Assembly: GCA_964456285.1 (NCBI GenBank)
Contig: CAYWBC010000014.1
Location: 1-64,000 of the forward strand
Reading direction: 5' to 3'
DNA from: an uncultured Bacteroidales bacterium
Lineage (GTDB): Bacteria > Bacteroidota > Bacteroidia > Bacteroidales > UBA10428
Length of the DNA: 64,000 bases
Both the position numbers and the translations under genes were made by a program. Position 1 is the first letter of the stretch. Every line of letters starts with the position of its first letter. The notes below the pieces were generated by a model. That model was not told the DNA's origin. It saw only the letters and a program-made list of their open reading frames with translations, and did not search any database. Below, in pieces: positions 59,036-64,000 of this stretch.

Positions 59036-61441
59036 ATGCAAGGAAAAGCAAAAAAGAAAAAATCTGTTGCTAAAAAGCCTAAGAGGAAGATAGGTATTGT
59101 CAGACTTTTTCGAGATGAACGGTTTAGAATATTGCTGGCATTCTTTTTTATTTCTTTTGCTTTCTTACTCCTTATATCCCAGTTATCCTACTTATTTACC
59201 TGGAAAACAGATCATAGCATTGAGAACAACATTGACTGGAGAACTGCAGAGATAGTGGTTGAAAACTGGGCTGGTAAAACAGGTGCATATCTTGCTAATC
59301 TAACAATGTACCGATGGTTTGGCCTTGCCTCATTTTCTTTTCCTTTCCTACTAATACTCTATGGCTTAAGATTTCTTAATATTAAGCTTCTTCATTTTGG
59401 TAAAACACTTTTGGCTACTCTTTTAGCAGTCATTGTTCTATCGATATGGCTTAGTTATTTTTCAGAATCAAATATCGTATTAGGTTCAGGTCCAGGAGGC
59501 AAACACGGGCATTATATGAATCTTTACCTTTCCAGCTTGCTGGGTAGAATTGGAGAGTTTTTGCTTTTGCTACTGACAAGTATTGGAGTAGTTTTTTTTG
59601 CATTTGAAAAATCACTTATCTATTTTAAAAAATTCCTCAGCAAGTATTTCCCATTTTTGAGAAATAGAATTTCGGTAGAATCTAATGAGATGCAAGTAAA
59701 TACTGATCAATCAGAAAACGAGAACGCTGAGTCAGAGCATGAAGAAGATAGTGATTTGATATTTGAAACTGAGTTCCCTCAAAGAGAAAAAAGTGCAGAA
59801 ATTGAAAATTTTACAGTTAAATCAGACGTCCTTGATTCTGATTCAGAAAATAATGAAGAGAATGATGTTAAGCTTACTGTTGAAGAGAAAGACAGTGAAG
59901 AAGAAGGAAACTATAATAACAATCTCCCTTTAGAAGACTACGACCCGACATTGGAACTTTCAAATTTTCAACTGCCAACCCTGGATTTGCTTGAGAAGCA
60001 TGAAACGGGAAATTCATCGGTTACTAATGAGGAGCTGATCAGTAATAAAAATAAGATTGTTGAAACCCTGGGGCATTACAAAATTCAGATTGATAAAATA
60101 AAAGCTACTATTGGCCCAACAGTGACACTTTACGAAATAGTTCCAGCTCCCGGTGTTCGAATTTCAAAAATTAAAAATCTTGAGGATGATATCGCCCTGA
60201 ATTTATCCGCTCTGGGCATACGAATTATTGCTCCTATCCCCGGAAAAGGGACTATTGGGATCGAAGTACCTAATCAAACACCGGAAATTGTTTCCATGCG
60301 ATCTATGATTACCTCAAAGAAATTTCAGGAATCAGATTTTGAGCTGGCTATTGCATTAGGAAAAACAATTTCCAACGAAACTTATGTATTCGATCTTGCC
60401 AAGATGCCGCATTTATTGGTTGCTGGCGCTACCGGACAGGGTAAATCGGTCGGTTTAAATGTTATTATTTCTTCATTGCTCTACAAAAAGCATCCGGCAC
60501 AATTAAAGTTTGTATTGATTGACCCTAAAAAAGTAGAACTAACACTTTACTCACAAATTGAAAATCATTACCTGGCAAAAATTCCTGATTCTGATGAAAC
60601 CATAATAACTGATACACAAAAAGTAATCTATACCCTGAATTCATTAACTATCGAAATGGACCAGCGGTATGATTTGCTCAAAAAAGCACAAGTTCGCAAC
60701 ATCAAGGAATACAACCGTAAGTTTATCAAAAGAAGATTAAATCCTGAAAACGGGCACAGGTATTTGCCCTATATTGTGGTTGTGGTTGATGAATTTGCAG
60801 ACCTTATTATGACAGCCGGCCGTGAAGTTGAAACGCCATTGGCACGACTGGCACAACTTGCCAGAGCTATTGGAATTCATCTGGTAATTGCAACACAGCG
60901 GCCTACAACAAACATAATAACCGGTGTAATAAAAGCAAACTTCCCTGCCAGAATTGCTTTCAGGGTCACATCAATGATTGACTCAAGAACTATACTTGAT
61001 ACACCTGGCGCAAATCAGTTGATAGGTCGTGGTGATTTGCTTTTCGCTCCGGGAAGCGATCTAATAAGGCTCCAATGCGGTTTTATTGATATACCTGAGT
61101 TGGAAAGAATAACAAACTTTATAGGTCAGCAAAGGGCATACCCCACTCCATACTTCTTACCTGAATACCTTGATGAAAGCTCAGGCGATGGTCTGCTGGA
61201 TGTTGACTTGTCAAAAAAAGACAATTTGTTTAATGATGCAGCCAGATTGGTGGTAGCACACCAGCAAGGCTCTACTTCATTAATACAAAGGAAGTTTTCT
61301 ATAGGGTACAATCGTGCAGGTCGAATTATTGATCAACTGGAAGCTGCAGGCATCGTGGGACAGTTTGAAGGCAGCAAAGCAAGACAAGTTCTTTTCCCTG
61401 ATGAATACTCTTTGGAACAATATTTGAATTCACTTGAATAA
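59036..61441 (+). CDS. ftsK: DNA translocase FtsK/SpoIIIE
   Basis: The K-rich N-terminus and TM helices are followed by Walker A GATGQGKSVGLN and Walker B VVVVDEFADL. The gamma domain is ...LIQRKFSIGYNRAGRIIDQLEAAGIVG. Confidence 0.9.
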   Translation: MQGKAKKKKSVAKKPKRKIGIVRLFRDERFRILLAFFFISFAFLLLISQLSYLFTWKTDHSIENNIDWRTAEIVVENWAGKTGAYLANLTMYRWFGLASFSFPFLLILYGLRFLNIKLLHFGKTLLATLLAVIVLSIWLSYFSESNIVLGSGPGGKHGHYMNLYLSSLLGRIGEFLLLLLTSIGVVFFAFEKSLIYFKKFLSKYFPFLRNRISVESNEMQVNTDQSENENAESEHEEDSDLIFETEFPQREKSAEIENFTVKSDVLDSDSENNEENDVKLTVEEKDSEEEGNYNNNLPLEDYDPTLELSNFQLPTLDLLEKHETGNSSVTNEELISNKNKIVETLGHYKIQIDKIKATIGPTVTLYEIVPAPGVRISKIKNLEDDIALNLSALGIRIIAPIPGKGTIGIEVPNQTPEIVSMRSMITSKKFQESDFELAIALGKTISNETYVFDLAKMPHLLVAGATGQGKSVGLNVIISSLLYKKHPAQLKFVLIDPKKVELTLYSQIENHYLAKIPDSDETIITDTQKVIYTLNSLTIEMDQRYDLLKKAQVRNIKEYNRKFIKRRLNPENGHRYLPYIVVVVDEFADLIMTAGREVETPLARLAQLARAIGIHLVIATQRPTTNIITGVIKANFPARIAFRVTSMIDSRTILDTPGANQLIGRGDLLFAPGSDLIRLQCGFIDIPELERITNFIGQQRAYPTPYFLPEYLDESSGDGLLDVDLSKKDNLFNDAARLVVAHQQGSTSLIQRKFSIGYNRAGRIIDQLEAAGIVGQFEGSKARQVLFPDEYSLEQYLNSLE

Positions 61442-62105
61442 TAAAATTCATTATTCCATGAAATTATTTATAATTATTAATTTATTCCTGTTCAGTGCTT
61501 TCTCCTCAATGGCTCAACAGGATCCGGAAGCAAAAATAATCCTTGACAGGGTAGCTGAAAAAACAAAATCGTACACAAGCATCCAGGCTGATTTTGAGCT
61601 TATCATTGATAACCATCGGGAGGACAAAGTTTCAAAAACGGATGGAAAAATTATAATTAAAGGTGACAAGTACTATATGGAATCTTTAGGTTCAAAAATC
61701 TATTTTGATGGTACAACTCTCTGGACCTATCAGGAAGAAATTAATGAAGTAATCATCTCTTTGCCTGATCCTGAAAACGATGATTTTGTTGAAAATCCTT
61801 CAAAAATATTTGAATTCTATAACCGCGATTTTAAATATCGTCTTAATGGTGAAATTAAACTTGATGAAGGATGGATGTATTCCATTGATTTGTTTCCCAA
61901 TAATCTTCAGCAGCCTTACTCACGTTTCAAAGTATTTATTAAAAAAGATACTGACGAACTGTTTCAGATTATAGCAGTCGGAAAAGATGGTATTGACTAT
62001 AGTGCATCTCTGTTCAATACCAAGTATAATGCATCAATAGGTAACGAATCTTTTATTTTCAGGCCAGAAGACCATAAAGGAATAGAAGTGGTTGATATGC
62101 GGTAA
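61434..62105 (+). CDS. LolA-like outer-membrane lipoprotein carrier family protein
   Basis: It lies immediately downstream of and overlapping ftsK. The real start may be the Met at 61458, giving signal peptide MKLFIIINLFLFSAFSSMAQ. The beta-rich LolA-like body reads ...DGKIIIKGDKYYMESLGSKIYFDGTTLWTY. Confidence 0.6.
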   Translation: MNNKIHYSMKLFIIINLFLFSAFSSMAQQDPEAKIILDRVAEKTKSYTSIQADFELIIDNHREDKVSKTDGKIIIKGDKYYMESLGSKIYFDGTTLWTYQEEINEVIISLPDPENDDFVENPSKIFEFYNRDFKYRLNGEIKLDEGWMYSIDLFPNNLQQPYSRFKVFIKKDTDELFQIIAVGKDGIDYSASLFNTKYNASIGNESFIFRPEDHKGIEVVDMR

Positions 62106-62110
62106 TAGTG

Positions 62111-64000
62111 CTATTTTGGGTATGAAATACGCGCGTGATATATATTCTGCAACCTGGTCTTAAAAACTTCTTTAACGGTCTTTATATCCACATAGGTAAT
62201 AGGAGCATCCTCAAATTGATCCTGGTTAAGCTGTTTTGTAATGATGTTTTCAACCAGATCATTTATTGATTCCTGGCTAAACTCGTGCAAACTCCTTGAA
62301 GCAGCTTCAACAGCATCTGCCATCATTAACACAGCCATTTCCTTTGAATAGGGTTTTGGTCCAGGATAACTGAATTTTTTTACATCAACTTCCTGTTCAG
62401 GATATTTTTTTATGTAGGATTTATAGAAGTACTGAACAGTTGTTGTTCCATGATGAGTTCGGATGAAATCTATTATTGCATCGGGAAGGTTATTCTTTTT
62501 TGCCAACTCAATACCTTTTTCAACATGACTAATGATGATCTTAGCACTTTCTTCAAATTCAAGGATGTCATGTGGATTTATTCCTGATGTCTGGTTTTCA
62601 ATGAAATAAATTGGATCATGAGTTTTCCCAATGTCATGATACATCGCTCCTGTGCGCACAAGAAGCGGGTTCCCTCCTATTCTGTGAATTGCTTCCTCTG
62701 AAAGATTTGCAACCTGGAGAGAATGCTGAAATGTGCCAGGGGCTATTTCGGCTACTTTTCTTAAAAGTGGTTGATTTGTATCTGCAAGTTCCATTAGTGT
62801 AGTGTCTGAAAGAAATCCGAAGGTTTTTTCAAAAACCCAGATTAATAAGAAGGAAATAAGAATAAGTACACCATTTAGTCCAAAATTGGCAAAGGTTTCC
62901 AGTTTAATATTAGCAAAACTGCCTTCATGAACAACTGACATACCATAATACGCCAAACAATATGTTATCACTACAAGCAGTGCAGAAAGAAAAAACCGGG
63001 AACGTCTTACCTGATTGGTTAGACTAAAAATTGCCACAATACCTGCCAAAATATTCAATACGATAAATTCATAACCGTAAGGAGCAATAAATCCAATGAT
63101 CATAATAGTCAGAACATGAACAAAAACAGCTACTCTCTCATCAAAAAATGTGCGTAAAATGATTGGCAGAATAGTAAATGGAATTATGTAAAAGCTCACT
63201 TTTTCCAACTTAGCCGTGGTACTGGCCACAAATATCATTAGAATAACCATAAACAAAATGAATGAGGTATTCACAAGATCATGTAAAACCTCACGCCTGA
63301 AATTGTAAAGAAATACATAGATGAGTAAAAGGGAAAGAAGAACGAATATTAGTTTGCCGGAAAGGACTAAAAACTTGTTTACATTTCCTTGCTGCTCATT
63401 ATAGGAGATCTTCAGAGATTGAAGTATCTGAAATTTTTCCTGCGTAACTATTTCTCCTTCCGAAATTATTAGCTCTCCCTGTTGTATCATTCCTTTTTTC
63501 CTCGAAACCTCAGCTAATCTCTCAGTTTTTTCTCTTTCAGATGCATCTGCATTATAAAAAATATTAGCAGAGATATACTTATCCAATTCGAACTGATCAA
63601 AGAAATCCATGTATCGGGAAATATACTTCTGCGGACCCGATCCAATTTCTTCCTGAATTTTCACCTTAATAAACTCATAGGCAGATTTAGGCGTAAAAAG
63701 TTCAGAAGCATTCTTCTCTTCTGCAATATTGCCACGCAATAATACAATGTATGTTGATTCATCAAACGCTACATCACTCTCAGGAATCTCAATAATGCCT
63801 TTTAGGTATATTTTTTCCAGCAACTTATAAATAAAATCATCATAATAATTCTGTAATATATGATTAGCAAGGTATCTACTGCTTTCGTCATAAGTCTTTT
63901 CGTCAGGTATCTTAAATTCCTGTAAAGAATACCTGACCCACTCCATACGAAAGCCATCTTTAAATTTGTTCAACTGCTCCGCAAACTGATATGGGTCAAA
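62111..64000 (-). CDS. 7TM receptor with intracellular HD-hydrolase domain (7TMR-HD), N-terminus beyond window
   Basis: The frame stays open to the window edge. About 7 TM helices are present in the middle. The C-terminal HD domain reads ...TFQHSLQVANLSEEAIHRIGGNPLLVRTGAMYHDIGK. Confidence 0.8.
   Translation of the reverse strand, partial: FDPYQFAEQLNKFKDGFRMEWVRYSLQEFKIPDEKTYDESSRYLANHILQNYYDDFIYKLLEKIYLKGIIEIPESDVAFDESTYIVLLRGNIAEEKNASELFTPKSAYEFIKVKIQEEIGSGPQKYISRYMDFFDQFELDKYISANIFYNADASEREKTERLAEVSRKKGMIQQGELIISEGEIVTQEKFQILQSLKISYNEQQGNVNKFLVLSGKLIFVLLSLLLIYVFLYNFRREVLHDLVNTSFILFMVILMIFVASTTAKLEKVSFYIIPFTILPIILRTFFDERVAVFVHVLTIMIIGFIAPYGYEFIVLNILAGIVAIFSLTNQVRRSRFFLSALLVVITYCLAYYGMSVVHEGSFANIKLETFANFGLNGVLILISFLLIWVFEKTFGFLSDTTLMELADTNQPLLRKVAEIAPGTFQHSLQVANLSEEAIHRIGGNPLLVRTGAMYHDIGKTHDPIYFIENQTSGINPHDILEFEESAKIIISHVEKGIELAKKNNLPDAIIDFIRTHHGTTTVQYFYKSYIKKYPEQEVDVKKFSYPGPKPYSKEMAVLMMADAVEAASRSLHEFSQESINDLVENIITKQLNQDQFEDAPITYVDIKTVKEVFKTRLQNIYHARISYPK

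Overview
This 64 kb window is low-GC (about 33-36% in sampled stretches) and gene-dense, and reads as Bacteroidota chromosome. The phylum assignment rests on a SusD-family gene, several T9SS C-terminal sorting domains, a Bacteroidetes-type V-ATPase operon (E, DUF2764, A, B, D, I, K), a 7TMR-HD receptor and a ftsK-lolA pair. From left to right the content is as follows.

1-7.3 kb: the tail of a pectin/rhamnogalacturonan-type polysaccharide utilisation locus. It holds a 5'-truncated SusD-like gene, a GH28-like beta-helix glycosidase, an SGNH esterase carrying a T9SS C-terminal domain (CTD), and a tandem-duplicated CE12-like acetylesterase with clearly higher GC. A decayed T9SS CTD relic lies in the intergenic gap.

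7.8-17.6 kb: two paralogous periplasmic-propeller/Y_Y_Y sensors on opposite strands. One is a hybrid histidine kinase-receiver without a DNA-binding output; the other has GAF and PAS domains but no kinase. A LamG-like T9SS cargo gene sits between them, preceded by a perfect 26-bp palindrome.

18-24 kb: a small membrane protein, a P-loop kinase-like protein, an ABC-2 transporter pair and an AsmA-like giant protein.

24-25 kb: a small Cys-rich lipoprotein gene with a strong terminator, followed by an 8-copy 42-bp tandem minisatellite that is open in all frames.

25-28 kb: tlpA-like thioredoxin, then flotillin and an NfeD-like gene.

28-46 kb: mostly housekeeping and hypothetical genes. These include BtrH_N-like, PNPOx-like, DUF362, mazG, a SAM hydroxide adenosyltransferase-like gene, phoH, purC, a LysM-PBP protein, a tail-anchored receiver domain, pgl-zwf, a cation-chloride cotransporter (CCC)-like permease, and an ankyrin/beta-barrel protein with several secreted hypotheticals.

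46-55 kb: a heavy-metal-associated (HMA) domain lipoprotein, then the V-type ATPase operon. An Avd-like four-helix-bundle gene is inserted between ntpB and ntpD, flanked by a short inverted repeat.

55-64 kb: DUF456, a CAP-domain protein, an RRM protein, argF, ftsK, a lolA-like gene and a partial 7TMR-HD gene.

I found no tRNA, rRNA, CRISPR array, transposase or integrase. I do not see a classical defence island. The most unusual items are the minisatellite, the Avd-like insertion in the ATPase operon, the kinase-less sensor paralog and the CTD relic.
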